Part shown: in pieces, positions 17,059 to 25,695 of the stretch | Numbering within the stretch: the stretch's first letter is position 1 | How the letters are laid out: every line of letters starts with the position of its first letter | Origin: a virus | Taxonomy: Duplodnaviria; Caudoviricetes | Virus record (IMG/VR): IMGVR_UViG_3300005077_000083 | Coordinates: 1 to 29,685 of that record | DNA: 29,685 nt | Strand: one strand, 5' to 3' | The notes under the pieces: generated by a model | What the model saw: only the letters and a program-made list of their open reading frames with translations | What the model was told of the DNA's origin: nothing | Database searches by the model: none | Translations under genes and position numbers: made by a program

Positions 17059-18123
17059 CTACCCCACTGGAGTAGGGGGATTTAAACTGTCTGTCTGTCG
17101 TGCAGCACGTTCAGCGTGCACATCCACGACAGGATCATCGGTGGGGGAGGCGAGTGCCGCTTGAAGTTTGTCGTCAATAATCTCGATACCCTCATCAGCA
17201 GTCACACATAGGCACGTCGCCTTGCGCGCCCCCCTCCGCTCGACGATCCCAAGTCCCTCCAGCGTAATCATCGCCGACCGCCAAGCGTCCTCCCCGAGAC
17301 CGAGTGTCGCATTCACCGCCCTGGACGACATGCCGTGCTGCATCGTCGCGCCAAGCCGTACCAGCCGCTTCAAATCCTCTACCGGCACCGGAACATTGTC
17401 ATCCTTATACCAGTGCCAAGCGCCATTGATCAGTTCCATTGAAATCTGCTTGGGCTTGTTTTCCTCCAGGCCGGTGCTATGCCCGTTCAACAAAATGATC
17501 CTCTCGCGCACGTTCTTGCGTTGAGCCTCTAGCACCTGGGTCAATATCGCCCGAATCTCTTCCAGTTCCATCGTGGGCTGTGCTGGCGGCTCCTCAACCA
17601 CATCTTCATCGTCAACAAGCACTCGCTTGCCTGGCCAGGCAATACCCGCGCCAGGATCGCGCTGGGCCAGCGTAGGAGGCCAGTTCGGATCAATGATCTC
17701 ATAGGCCAGGCGATACATAATCAAGCTGCAACCGGTCAATAGCGGAATAGATACCAGTAGAACCAACCCAATCACCCATGGCTGAAAACTAACCCTAAGC
17801 AACGGAGCGGGCCACACGCTGGACACAATTCCATACCCAGTAACCAGCCAGGCCGCACCAATTCCAAGCGCAACCAATGTAGAATAATGCCCAACATACC
17901 GTAATCCAACCCACCACAGCGCAACCAGCACAATAGACATGCCAACAACACCAAACATCGGCCCGACGATAACGGCATCCACCAGCAAAACGAATAGAGC
18001 GCACACACCAATGAACGCAAACCACTTGGCCTGCGATAATGGCAGCCCCAGCTCCTCTTTTCCGCCGGTCCGCCTGATCTCTATCTGACCACGCCCAAAA
18101 GGCGGGTAATGTCCTTCGTTCAT
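17059..18123 (-). CDS. Multi-pass membrane protein with soluble, possibly winged-helix C-terminus
   Basis: About four hydrophobic segments within residues 33-137; C-terminal 'WRSAMITLEGLGIVE'. Confidence 0.7.
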   Translation of the reverse strand: MNEGHYPPFGRGQIEIRRTGGKEELGLPLSQAKWFAFIGVCALFVLLVDAVIVGPMFGVVGMSIVLVALWWVGLRYVGHYSTLVALGIGAAWLVTGYGIVSSVWPAPLLRVSFQPWVIGLVLLVSIPLLTGCSLIMYRLAYEIIDPNWPPTLAQRDPGAGIAWPGKRVLVDDEDVVEEPPAQPTMELEEIRAILTQVLEAQRKNVRERIILLNGHSTGLEENKPKQISMELINGAWHWYKDDNVPVPVEDLKRLVRLGATMQHGMSSRAVNATLGLGEDAWRSAMITLEGLGIVERRGARKATCLCVTADEGIEIIDDKLQAALASPTDDPVVDVHAERAARQTDSLNPPTPVG

Positions 18124-18136
18124 CTAGTGCCGACCA

Positions 18137-18220
18137 TTAGGACAATGAAAGCAGTGATCCAACAATGACGATTATGGCAATGACCACCATGAGGTCTGAT
18201 AAAAACTGTTCAATGCCCAT
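18137..18220 (-). CDS. 27-aa hydrophobic peptide
   Basis: MGIEQFLSDLMVVIAIIVIVGSLLSLS with GGAG RBS; fills the intergenic gap. Confidence 0.55.
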   Translation of the reverse strand: MGIEQFLSDLMVVIAIIVIVGSLLSLS

Positions 18221-18229
18221 GTTATTCTC

Positions 18230-18862
18230 CTAGAATCCTACCTCTGATTTCTGTGCGGGTTGATAAAATCCTGCTGCGCCAATAGCGGGCAAGTCACGTG
18301 CGGGGTCTGCGCTCCGAGCGTGTCGAGAGATATTCTCCGCTGCTTGTGCCAGGATGAGCGTCTCTTGGATATGGGCCGCGATAGCGGCCAGTTCCATGTT
18401 CGGCTCTGCGGATTCGCCTACTCTGAACTGCTGGCCCGTGGGCGTGACGATCCAGCCGTTGCTGGTTATGATGGCCAGCGCCGTTCCTGTTTTGTCATCC
18501 ACTGGAAGCGGAGCAAATGTTGCCTCGATGGTTGCCTTGCGCACGCGGCAATAGACATTCCCGCCCAGCCATATAGTCGTTCCAATCGCTCCGACGAGCA
18601 CCAGCCACGGGGCAGTCTGCGCCGCCGATGCAGCCAGCGATACATAGAATTTTATCCACAGTTTCTCGCGCTCGATGGATAGATCTAGCTCCCGTTGTTG
18701 CTTGTTCCTATCATTCTCTGCCTGTTTGGATTTTAGTTCGTTCCTGGCTTGGTCAGTCTGGGCCGCTTGCTCGGCGAGCGGCGAGTGAACACCGTTCTCG
18801 TCCACTGTGCAGGCGGACAAAGAAAGGATAACGACGAACATCAAAACCAACCAGCGTTTCAT
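18230..18862 (-). CDS. Lipoprotein with coiled coil and internal TM
   Basis: Signal peptide MKRWLVLMFVVILSLSA-C (lipobox LSAC). Confidence 0.75.
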   Translation of the reverse strand: MKRWLVLMFVVILSLSACTVDENGVHSPLAEQAAQTDQARNELKSKQAENDRNKQQRELDLSIEREKLWIKFYVSLAASAAQTAPWLVLVGAIGTTIWLGGNVYCRVRKATIEATFAPLPVDDKTGTALAIITSNGWIVTPTGQQFRVGESAEPNMELAAIAAHIQETLILAQAAENISRHARSADPARDLPAIGAAGFYQPAQKSEVGF

Positions 18863-18871
18863 CACAACTCC

Positions 18872-18899
18872 CGTTCAGATAACTAGAGTTACCTATACA
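18872..18899 (+). repeat. dif/Xer-like 28-bp site 9
   Basis: CGTTCAGATAA-CTAGAG-TTACCTATACA, 1 bp after a stop. Confidence 0.85.
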
Positions 18900-18900
18900 C

Positions 18901-19086
18901 CTATGCTGGCCGCCGACCGCGCCACATTTCGATCTCATTGATGCGCGCGTCCTCGTTCTGTTCGCGCCGCGCCAACAAACACGCCTGGCACGTGTCGGCC
19001 TTGCGCACCATGAACACCAGTGACGCAACGCCGTAGCCGATTACCATCACCAACGTTCCAGCACCAAATGCAATCAGCCAATTCAC
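18901..19086 (-). CDS. Small membrane protein
   Basis: 61 aa, one TM, GGAGG RBS, coupled to the upstream stop. Confidence 0.6.
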   Translation of the reverse strand: MNWLIAFGAGTLVMVIGYGVASLVFMVRKADTCQACLLARREQNEDARINEIEMWRGRRPA

Positions 19087-19790
19087 TGCACCACCTCCAC
19101 CACCTCCACAGATGCGCGTGACCGCCAGTTGCGCGCCGTTCTATCTGAAATATGGAATAGCCGTTGAATCTCTTCCGTCGTCATTCCGGCAACGTTCCGG
19201 CGAGTCTCATCATCCAAATCTCGCCATGCCGGAACCTTTCCGCTCGTGCCGGCACGTTCCGGCAACGTTCCGGCACTTGCCGGAATGACCGCCACGGCCT
19301 GATTATTGCTTTCCGGCATGTTACCGGAACTTTCCGGCATGTTGCCGTCAATCTGCGCGGCGATCCAGAGCCTGATGCGCGGCAAGATCGCGCCCTTCCG
19401 CACCGGCGCCGGCGGCAGCTTATCAACACGCCCTTGCAACCAGCCCAACAGCCCTACGGCAATAGTAGGGAACGCAGCATAGACAATCCCGGCCACCTGG
19501 AGCATCCGGTCAGCCCACGCGCCGGTGGCCAGCATCCCCCGGTACACCTCAGACATGTTGAAAATGAGATCCGCCAGCGCAAAGAATCCCAGCGATACCC
19601 CGGCTGCCACACGAGTGTGCGAATCCGCCACCTTGAGCCAATACGAGCACATGTACACGCCCAGGCCCAGCCCGACGGCGAATGGCCAGCCCAGCACCCC
19701 CGCCCCAAGCGCGCCCCCGGCCAGCGCCGCCACGCGCGCCAGCGTAATTCCAACGAACGATAAAGCCAACCAGGTCGGCATCCGTCTCAT
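19083..19790 (-). CDS. Four-TM membrane protein with C-terminal HTH (SpdA/DUF2637-like layout)
   Basis: Four hydrophobic segments, repetitive linker, HTH 'TTEEIQRLFHISDRTARNWR'. Confidence 0.7.
   Translation of the reverse strand: MRRMPTWLALSFVGITLARVAALAGGALGAGVLGWPFAVGLGLGVYMCSYWLKVADSHTRVAAGVSLGFFALADLIFNMSEVYRGMLATGAWADRMLQVAGIVYAAFPTIAVGLLGWLQGRVDKLPPAPVRKGAILPRIRLWIAAQIDGNMPESSGNMPESNNQAVAVIPASAGTLPERAGTSGKVPAWRDLDDETRRNVAGMTTEEIQRLFHISDRTARNWRSRASVEVVEVVQ
19184..19339. repeat. Phased TTCCGGCA/TGCCGGAA octamer array
   Basis: Exact or 1-mismatch copies start at 19184, 19195, 19227, 19247, 19257, 19268, 19278, 19311, 19322 and 19332. Confidence 0.8.
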
Positions 19791-20299
19791 GCTACCCCCA
19801 GCGCCGGCTGCCAGGCATTCACCCCGGCGGCCACCATTTCATCAATCACGTCCCACGCTTCGTAAAAGCGCATGAGACGCCCAACATAATCACGCGGATT
19901 TCTCTGTCTGATTTTGAAATACCCGATCCCCGTCATCAGCTCGAACGGCGCAACAAAGTACACCGGCGGCTGCTCATCCACACAGGCGATCACAATGGCG
20001 TCCGCTTCATTTCCGTGCATGTTCACCGAGTAGCGCCCGCCATCCCAGCGCGCCGCCTTGACCTCGACTCTGATGCCGTTGCACAACAAGTCAAATCGCT
20101 GTTTGTGAGGCTGGGGCACACACACATACCCCCGCTGCGTCAGCCTGTCACACACATCCGCCTCAATCTGGTCCGCCAGCTCGCGGCGTGGGTCGATCTC
20201 GCGCTCCATCATGCTGGCCAGCCAAAAGCGTTGCCGCCGCGACCAGTTCCACTCCCTCATGTGCATTGTGGCTATCGTTTCGTCCGTTATCGGTGTCAT
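19787..20299 (-). CDS. PD-(D/E)xK nuclease-like protein
   Basis: 'E..V...L...GY....FDLLCNGIRVEVKAA' pattern. Confidence 0.6.
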   Translation of the reverse strand: MTPITDETIATMHMREWNWSRRQRFWLASMMEREIDPRRELADQIEADVCDRLTQRGYVCVPQPHKQRFDLLCNGIRVEVKAARWDGGRYSVNMHGNEADAIVIACVDEQPPVYFVAPFELMTGIGYFKIRQRNPRDYVGRLMRFYEAWDVIDEMVAAGVNAWQPALGVA

Positions 20300-20456
20300 C
20301 CACTACCTCTAATACCGGGTCCCGTTCCGTCCAAGTCGAGCTTCGCACAATCAGCTTATTTATTCTCAGGAACTCGGAAATATCCTCTACCTTGACGATG
20401 ATGGGCCGCCCGTCCCAGCCTCGCCCATCCCAAACTGGCATGTATTGCTTAGGCAC
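20163..20456 (-). CDS. Possible hypothetical protein
   Basis: Co-oriented ORF, but overlaps the next gene by 137 bp. Confidence 0.3.
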   Translation of the reverse strand: MPKQYMPVWDGRGWDGRPIIVKVEDISEFLRINKLIVRSSTWTERDPVLEVVDDTDNGRNDSHNAHEGVELVAAATLLAGQHDGARDRPTPRAGGPD

Positions 20457-20504
20457 TCAGTCCCCTGTCGCGAGAATCATTCATCGCCGCGTGGTCGGCG
20501 TCGG

Positions 20505-20657
20505 CTACCAACCAATTTTTAGGACTATTGACGCTAATAACCATGACACACATACAAACAATACCGCCGCCCACACATTAACCTTTAATACAATGTAGCA
20601 TGTCACACTTCCAATGAGATAAAACAGAAACTTCGTTGCGAATTCTTTTGAAACCAC
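20505..20657 (-). CDS. 50-aa two-TM membrane peptide
   Basis: GTG start with AGGAGG RBS: MVSKEFATKFLFYLIGSVTCYIVLKVNVWAAVLFVCVSWLLASIVLKIGW; AT-rich. Confidence 0.6.
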   Translation of the reverse strand: MVSKEFATKFLFYLIGSVTCYIVLKVNVWAAVLFVCVSWLLASIVLKIGW

Positions 20658-20666
20658 GCCAGCCTC

Positions 20667-20885
20667 CTAATCCATATCCGGGGCGCACTCAGCCAGGTCC
20701 AGAACAACCGGCTGCGGCTCGTGCAGACGATTCAGCAGCGAGCATAGCAGCGACCGCGCATCAGCATTGTTCGTTTGCTCGACCGCCTGCCGGATCACTT
20801 TGCGCAAATCAACCATGAGCGCACGTTTTGGCGAACGTCCCGCCATCGTCGGATCAACCGGTCGTATTCGTGAAATTTTCGACAC
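20667..20885 (-). CDS. Hypothetical protein
   Basis: 72 aa, GGAGG RBS just downstream of site 10. Confidence 0.6.
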   Translation of the reverse strand: MSKISRIRPVDPTMAGRSPKRALMVDLRKVIRQAVEQTNNADARSLLCSLLNRLHEPQPVVLDLAECAPDMD

Positions 20886-20894
20886 ATTTACCTC

Positions 20895-20922
20895 CGTTCA
20901 GATAACCCTCATTACCATTACT
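20895..20922 (+). repeat. dif/Xer-like 28-bp site 10
   Basis: CGTTCAGATAA-CCCTCA-TTACCATTACT; overlaps the ParB-like gene stop. Confidence 0.85.
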
Positions 20923-22690
20923 TCTTTTTCTTGGTAGGTGGCGACTTGCGCGCCGGCTTGTCCTTGGCCAGTTCGGCGCGGCAGGCCGTGCTGCACGTCA
21001 CCACACCATCAATGGACATCCAGCCATGCGCCTTGTCCACGCCCGTGATCGTCGGGCCGGGGGTGAACTTGCCGCAGACGTGGCAGTTCGTTTCTGTGCT
21101 ATGGATAGGCGGTTGATCCCAACCGCCTATCAGTCTCAACTTGAATGTATCCTCGATAACCCCCTTCACTTTGCCGGTGGCCCGCGTCCACGAATACTGT
21201 TCTTCCGGTCTGTAGAACCCAATCTCGCGCCACATCTGAAAAGCCAAAATGTAACGCCGCATCCACATCGCCGCCGTGGCCGGATTGTTCGACCTGGCAC
21301 CTTCCCGGAAATCACTCATTAAGGTGTTCATGTCAGGCCAATCCGATGACGACATGAGACCCTGATGCTGCGACCGCTCGAAGCAGAACCCTAACACCCC
21401 GCCACTGATGACCATTTGTGGTTCGCACAACTCTGCCGTGTTTCGCACCAGCCACAGAATGTCAGCCTTTGTTCTGCGCAGCGCCGATCTCTCCTCTCGG
21501 TTCGATTCCTTCTCTGCCTCTTCCGCCGCGATCCGCTTCTGTTTCTGTTCGGGTGTCTCTGCCTTTTTCTTTTCCGGCTTTTTAGGTTCGATCTTGGGCG
21601 TGTTGGCCTTGTCACGGGCCGCCAGTTCTCTATTGAGAACATTCGGATCCGTGCTGCACAGCACCACCACGTCTGACCCAACCGCCTTTTGATGATAGAA
21701 ATCATGGTCGCTGGCGGCGCATTTGATTGCGCTCGTTGTAGACAAGCGCAGACACTCTGGGGTCTTTTTGCCCTTGAGCCAGTTCTCCACAATCTTGTTG
21801 GTGTTCCAGCTAATTTTGAGCGGCTTGATTTTCTCGTCCGGCTGGGCGATGGGAAGGCCCGTCTCTCGTGCTACGCGCTCCAGTTCAATCTTGCAAAAGA
21901 GTTCCTGCTTGGCTGCCATGCACGCCGGGCGCGCGCACAACAGGTCGTGGTCATGGCGCATAAACGAGGGACACGCCGCGCACGCCGGCGGGACCTCGGA
22001 AACGCCCTCGATGTCCACGGACATGTCCGGCGCCCAGTCCGGCTGGAAATCCGCATTTTCACTCAGGTCGGCGCCCAGCTTGTCTACAAACTCCTCAATC
22101 GCTTCACTCAGGGCCGCGTCGGGGTCCGCAGACTCGGCCACGTGCTCGGCGATCTCGATGGCCACGGATTTTTGCGTGCGCGCCAGGCCGATGAGCTGGC
22201 GGGCATGGCGCTCGGGCAGCTTGCCCTGGTGAACCAGGTTCACGATGGGTTCGGGCAACCCACGAACCAGGCGCAGTAGGTTGGACACGCCCGACTGGGT
22301 GAGGTGAAACACTGTCCCGGCCTCGGCCTGGGTGTGGCCAAAGTCAATGTACTGCTGAATCAGGCGCGCTTTTTCCACCGCAGAGTTGTTCATGCGGTCG
22401 CCGTTTTCGCGCACCATATTGATAAACATGGCCAAATCGTCCAAGTCGCAAACGTCGAGCGGCATCGGCTCGCCCGGACGGTACAGCGCCCATGCGCAGC
22501 GCCGGCGCCAGCCGACGGCAATCTGATAGTAGCCCGGCTGGGTGGGATGGGCGCGCCCAACAGGCGTGTGGATGAATCCCTCGCGCACGCTGGCCAAGTC
22601 TGCCAAGTCCGCCGGCTCGAACGCGATCCGCGTATCGGGCTGGTATGGATTCGGGTCAATCAATTCTGGAAGAACCTCTACACGCTTCAT
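20918..22690 (-). CDS. ParB/Spo0J-family protein with long Cys-containing C-terminal extension
   Basis: 'IDPNPYQP', 'YQIAVGWRRRCA', 'ENGDRMNNSAVEKA', HTH 'TQAEAG...SGVSNLLRL', 'GKLPERHARQL'. Confidence 0.85.
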   Translation of the reverse strand: MKRVEVLPELIDPNPYQPDTRIAFEPADLADLASVREGFIHTPVGRAHPTQPGYYQIAVGWRRRCAWALYRPGEPMPLDVCDLDDLAMFINMVRENGDRMNNSAVEKARLIQQYIDFGHTQAEAGTVFHLTQSGVSNLLRLVRGLPEPIVNLVHQGKLPERHARQLIGLARTQKSVAIEIAEHVAESADPDAALSEAIEEFVDKLGADLSENADFQPDWAPDMSVDIEGVSEVPPACAACPSFMRHDHDLLCARPACMAAKQELFCKIELERVARETGLPIAQPDEKIKPLKISWNTNKIVENWLKGKKTPECLRLSTTSAIKCAASDHDFYHQKAVGSDVVVLCSTDPNVLNRELAARDKANTPKIEPKKPEKKKAETPEQKQKRIAAEEAEKESNREERSALRRTKADILWLVRNTAELCEPQMVISGGVLGFCFERSQHQGLMSSSDWPDMNTLMSDFREGARSNNPATAAMWMRRYILAFQMWREIGFYRPEEQYSWTRATGKVKGVIEDTFKLRLIGGWDQPPIHSTETNCHVCGKFTPGPTITGVDKAHGWMSIDGVVTCSTACRAELAKDKPARKSPPTKKKK

Positions 22691-22702
22691 GAAATACCAT
22701 CC

Positions 22703-22921
22703 TCAATTCGGTCGGGTCTTGGACCCCACCGACTCCAGAAACCGGGAAATCGTCATCAATGCGGTCAATACCTGCGCCTGCCGGCGCAGCGTCTCGGTGC
22801 GGTCAAATTGCTCTCCGTCCACCAACGGCCGGAGCAACAATGCGCCGCGTGCGGCCTCCTCTGCCGCGCGATCGCGAGCCTCGGCTGCCCACGTCGGCCA
22901 CTCGCGCGGCTTGTGACTCAT
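22703..22921 (-). CDS. Hypothetical protein
   Basis: MSHKPREWPTW..., ATGA-coupled to the upstream gene. Confidence 0.6.
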   Translation of the reverse strand: MSHKPREWPTWAAEARDRAAEEAARGALLLRPLVDGEQFDRTETLRRQAQVLTALMTISRFLESVGSKTRPN

Positions 22922-23226
22922 GCCTGAGCGTCCTTCATCGCCTGCTGGCTTCGACGTCGCGTTTGAACATATCGCCACCAGCTCCCAATCACCATCCAAA
23001 ACCCGCTGGCCGCAAACGCCCCGAACGTCAGCGCCGCCGCGATCGAGTCAATGAACGCCACACCAATCAGCGTGACCGCCACGCCGATGACCACCATCAG
23101 CGCCGTGTAGCCCTCATCATAGCCGTGGCGCTCAACCCACTCCACGGCCATGTTGTATAAAAAGCCAAACACAAACAGAATAGAGTAAACGGCCAAAATC
23201 ACGCCCAAACGCAGCCCAATCTCCAT
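22918..23226 (-). CDS. Three-TM membrane protein
   Basis: 102 aa, hydrophobic segments, GAGG RBS. Confidence 0.65.
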   Translation of the reverse strand: MEIGLRLGVILAVYSILFVFGFLYNMAVEWVERHGYDEGYTALMVVIGVAVTLIGVAFIDSIAAALTFGAFAASGFWMVIGSWWRYVQTRRRSQQAMKDAQA

Positions 23227-23242
23227 AATGCCCTCGCCTGTG

Positions 23243-23482
23243 CTACAGTATCCTCAGCACCTTAACAACTGAATCACCACCAGGAACATGTACAACCCCG
23301 ATCACGCCCGGCTGAGCATTCCCGATGAAATGCCCCACCGGAGACGCTTGGCTGATCTCTTCATCGCGCTTCATGGCCGTAATCACTATCCGGCGCTCCA
23401 GCACAATTCCGTCCACCTCGAACTGCACAACCTTGCCCATGTTCAGCACCATCAGCGCCAGCGGCTTGCGATTTTCCACCAT
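23243..23482 (-). CDS. GreA/GreB C-terminal-domain-only protein
   Basis: 'GKVVQFE...ISQASPVGHFIGNAQPG....VHVPGG...VKVLRI' matches the Gre CTD pattern. Confidence 0.65.
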   Translation of the reverse strand: MVENRKPLALMVLNMGKVVQFEVDGIVLERRIVITAMKRDEEISQASPVGHFIGNAQPGVIGVVHVPGGDSVVKVLRIL

Positions 23483-23822
23483 CGTTTCCCCCGTCCCGGT
23501 AACATCTATTACCGGTACAAACAAAAAAATCGTTTCCGAACCGCAGGCGCGCCGATGCGGTGATGGCTGCCCGCGTTTCGCTCAACAATCGTTCCTGATT
23601 CTCCAGGTCGGTCAATAGCTGGCGCACCTCCTCAGCCTGTTGCGCGATGCGGTACTTGCCGAAACTCCCGACGATCAGCCACCCCCGCCGGCGCAACTCG
23701 GCAATCATCTCCTTGACGCGGCCCTCGCTGCATCCAGTAAACACCTCCAACTGGTCCACCTGCACGCCCCGGGCAGGATAACAGCGCAGCGCCGCCAACG
23801 TAATTTCCAACGGAATCGTCAT
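23361..23822 (-). CDS. Winged-helix/HTH DNA-binding protein (3' end reads through site 11)
   Basis: 'QLEVFTGCSEGRVKEMIAELRRRGWLI...YRIAQ..EE'; ATGA-coupled start. Confidence 0.6.
   Translation of the reverse strand: MTIPLEITLAALRCYPARGVQVDQLEVFTGCSEGRVKEMIAELRRRGWLIVGSFGKYRIAQQAEEVRQLLTDLENQERLLSETRAAITASARLRFGNDFFVCTGNRCYRDGGNDGGKSQAAGADGAEHGQGCAVRGGRNCAGAPDSDYGHEAR
23492..23519 (+). repeat. dif/Xer-like 28-bp site 11
   Basis: CGTCCCGGTAA-CATCTA-TTACCGGTACA. Confidence 0.8.
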
Positions 23823-24403
23823 CTCTTGCATTTTCCACACTCGCACCGAGGCGGGAACCGGCAATCAACGGCCGCTAGAACATCCTTGGCCTTTTGCTCC
23901 AAGCGTTCCCCGCGCTCCTCTGAGCGGTTCAGCGAGTACACAAACAACTCGCCCGACTCGCGGCATTTATAGATGATGAGCGCCCGGCTATAGCCGCCGT
24001 ATCGCATATACATCTGGCACTGGTCCATGTGTTCAAAAAACGCGCCGTGCATGAGCACCAGGTCAAACCGCGCGATGCTAAGCGATTTGACCTCCAGCAA
24101 GTTTCCCTCGCACGCGCCGTCAATGTGACCTCTGACCCGTCCATCAAACCCGGCCACCAATTCCTTGCCGCGGTCAACCACGTTGAACTGGGCCGCTATC
24201 ATGCGCTCTAGCACGTCTCGCTCGTGCAAATAACCCTCGTGGCACATCAAGCGCCCGACTCGATTGGAAACACCGCCCTTCACCATGTCGTTATAGAGTG
24301 CCAGCGGGCATCGAGAAATCTGGCTCATGCCCAAGTAATCCCGTCTCTCGGAAAACTCTCGCACCGAATTCTCAATAGCCTTTCGAAGAGCCACCTTGTC
24401 CAT
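23819..24403 (-). CDS. Cas4-like / PD-(D/E)xK exonuclease
   Basis: 'LGMSQISRCP...G...H', 'GHIDG....LLEVKS', 'QCQMYM', C-terminal CxCxxC. Confidence 0.78.
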   Translation of the reverse strand: MDKVALRKAIENSVREFSERRDYLGMSQISRCPLALYNDMVKGGVSNRVGRLMCHEGYLHERDVLERMIAAQFNVVDRGKELVAGFDGRVRGHIDGACEGNLLEVKSLSIARFDLVLMHGAFFEHMDQCQMYMRYGGYSRALIIYKCRESGELFVYSLNRSEERGERLEQKAKDVLAAVDCRFPPRCECGKCKR

Positions 24404-24404
24404 C

Positions 24405-25619
24405 TCACACTCCCTCAAAAAAACTGCCAATCTTGGCCCACATCGGATGCCGGTCTCGCTTCATCGCCTTGAGATAAATCGCCGTCGTCGCCGGGCTGCT
24501 GTGATGCAACGTGCGCTGGATTTCCTCGATGCCTACATTGTTCTCGCTCATCCAGATCGCAAAACTGTGCCGCGTGATGTGCGTGTGTATCCGCTCCTCA
24601 GCCAACCCCGCGCGCTTGGCCGCGTGCTTGACGATGCGATTGACCCGCGCGCCGCTCAAGTGATTCTCCCCGCGCGTGCGGATAGTGCGGCCCGCCAGTT
24701 CCGCTTTGCGCTCAGCCATCCGCACACCCACGTCGCTCAACGGCTGAAACACATAGTCATCCTTGCTCATGCGGTCCAGCCGCCCGGCCGCCTTGAGATA
24801 GGCCAGGATAGCGTCATACGCTGGCCTCAGCAGCTCGTCGCGCCCGTTTTTCGCCTTGCTCTCCCAGGTGTAAAAAATCGGCGTACTGTCGCTCTTGGGG
24901 TGCTCAATATCCCCCCAGCGCAGAGAGGCAATAGCGTGCGACCGCTGGCCGGTGAGGAACAAACTGAGGATGAGGGCGTAATCCCGTAGCCCTTCCAGCC
25001 GGCTGCGGTCAATCCGCCGCAGCAGCGCCTGGAACTCGTCAAAGGAAATATATGTGGCAGAATCCGACTTGAACGGATCAATCTTGGTGCGGATCGGCGT
25101 CTCGCAGGGGTTGCTGAGGCAAAAGTATGTCATCTCACCCGTGATAGGGTGAACGTATTCTTGCCGTTTGAGGAACTTGAACAGCGAGGACAGCCCGGCC
25201 AGCCGCAAATTGATCGTCGTCTCGCTCAGTTCAGCCGCGCGCATCACATTCTGCCAGCGCACCACGTCCTGGCCGTGCACGCGCCACATCGCCACCCGCA
25301 AAATGCCGTCCTGGTCACGGTACGATAGGTTATCCAATTGCTCCAGCGCAAACGTCGTAAAGACTTCCACCGCGCGCGCATAGGACCGCTGCGTTTCTGT
25401 CGAACACTTTTTGCCATGCCAGCGCCACCCGCCGGCCATCCATTGGCCATACAAATCGGGATACCGCCGCGCCTTGTCCATATCCTCGATCGTGCGGTCC
25501 CGCTGTCGCTTGTCGGCAGCCACCCGATCCGCCTCGTCGAACACAAAACGCGGCTGCCCTGGGCGAGCCAGACCCATGTCCGGCATAATTGGCAAAACTA
25601 GAGCTTGACGAGTATCCAT
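24405..25619 (-). CDS. Second tyrosine recombinase (Xer-like), in the early operon
   Basis: 'TINLRLAGLSSLFKFL', 'RDYALI...TGQR', 'HITRHSFA', 'LHHSSPATTAIY': catalytic R, HxxR, H and Y present. Confidence 0.92.
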   Translation of the reverse strand: MDTRQALVLPIMPDMGLARPGQPRFVFDEADRVAADKRQRDRTIEDMDKARRYPDLYGQWMAGGWRWHGKKCSTETQRSYARAVEVFTTFALEQLDNLSYRDQDGILRVAMWRVHGQDVVRWQNVMRAAELSETTINLRLAGLSSLFKFLKRQEYVHPITGEMTYFCLSNPCETPIRTKIDPFKSDSATYISFDEFQALLRRIDRSRLEGLRDYALILSLFLTGQRSHAIASLRWGDIEHPKSDSTPIFYTWESKAKNGRDELLRPAYDAILAYLKAAGRLDRMSKDDYVFQPLSDVGVRMAERKAELAGRTIRTRGENHLSGARVNRIVKHAAKRAGLAEERIHTHITRHSFAIWMSENNVGIEEIQRTLHHSSPATTAIYLKAMKRDRHPMWAKIGSFFEGV

Positions 25620-25667
25620 ATCAAATCCTGGGGCCAGCCCGGTGGTGCCCCCCCGGCTAAAGGACGC

Positions 25668-25695
25668 TATACTGGTAATCGGCGTTACCGAGACT
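25668..25695 (-). repeat. dif/Xer-like 28-bp site 12
   Basis: Minus strand AGTCTCGGTAA-CGCCGA-TTACCAGTATA, 48 bp upstream of the recombinase start. Confidence 0.8.

Noticed and set aside
18652-18660. Isolated perfect DnaA box TTATCCACA
   Set aside because: A single copy inside the lipoprotein gene, far from the putative origin; no cluster.
23819-24403. CRISPR-Cas system (Cas4-like gene plus repeats)
   Set aside because: No cas1/cas2 and no repeat-spacer array. The 28-bp sites are kilobases apart, and stand-alone Cas4-like nucleases are common in phages.
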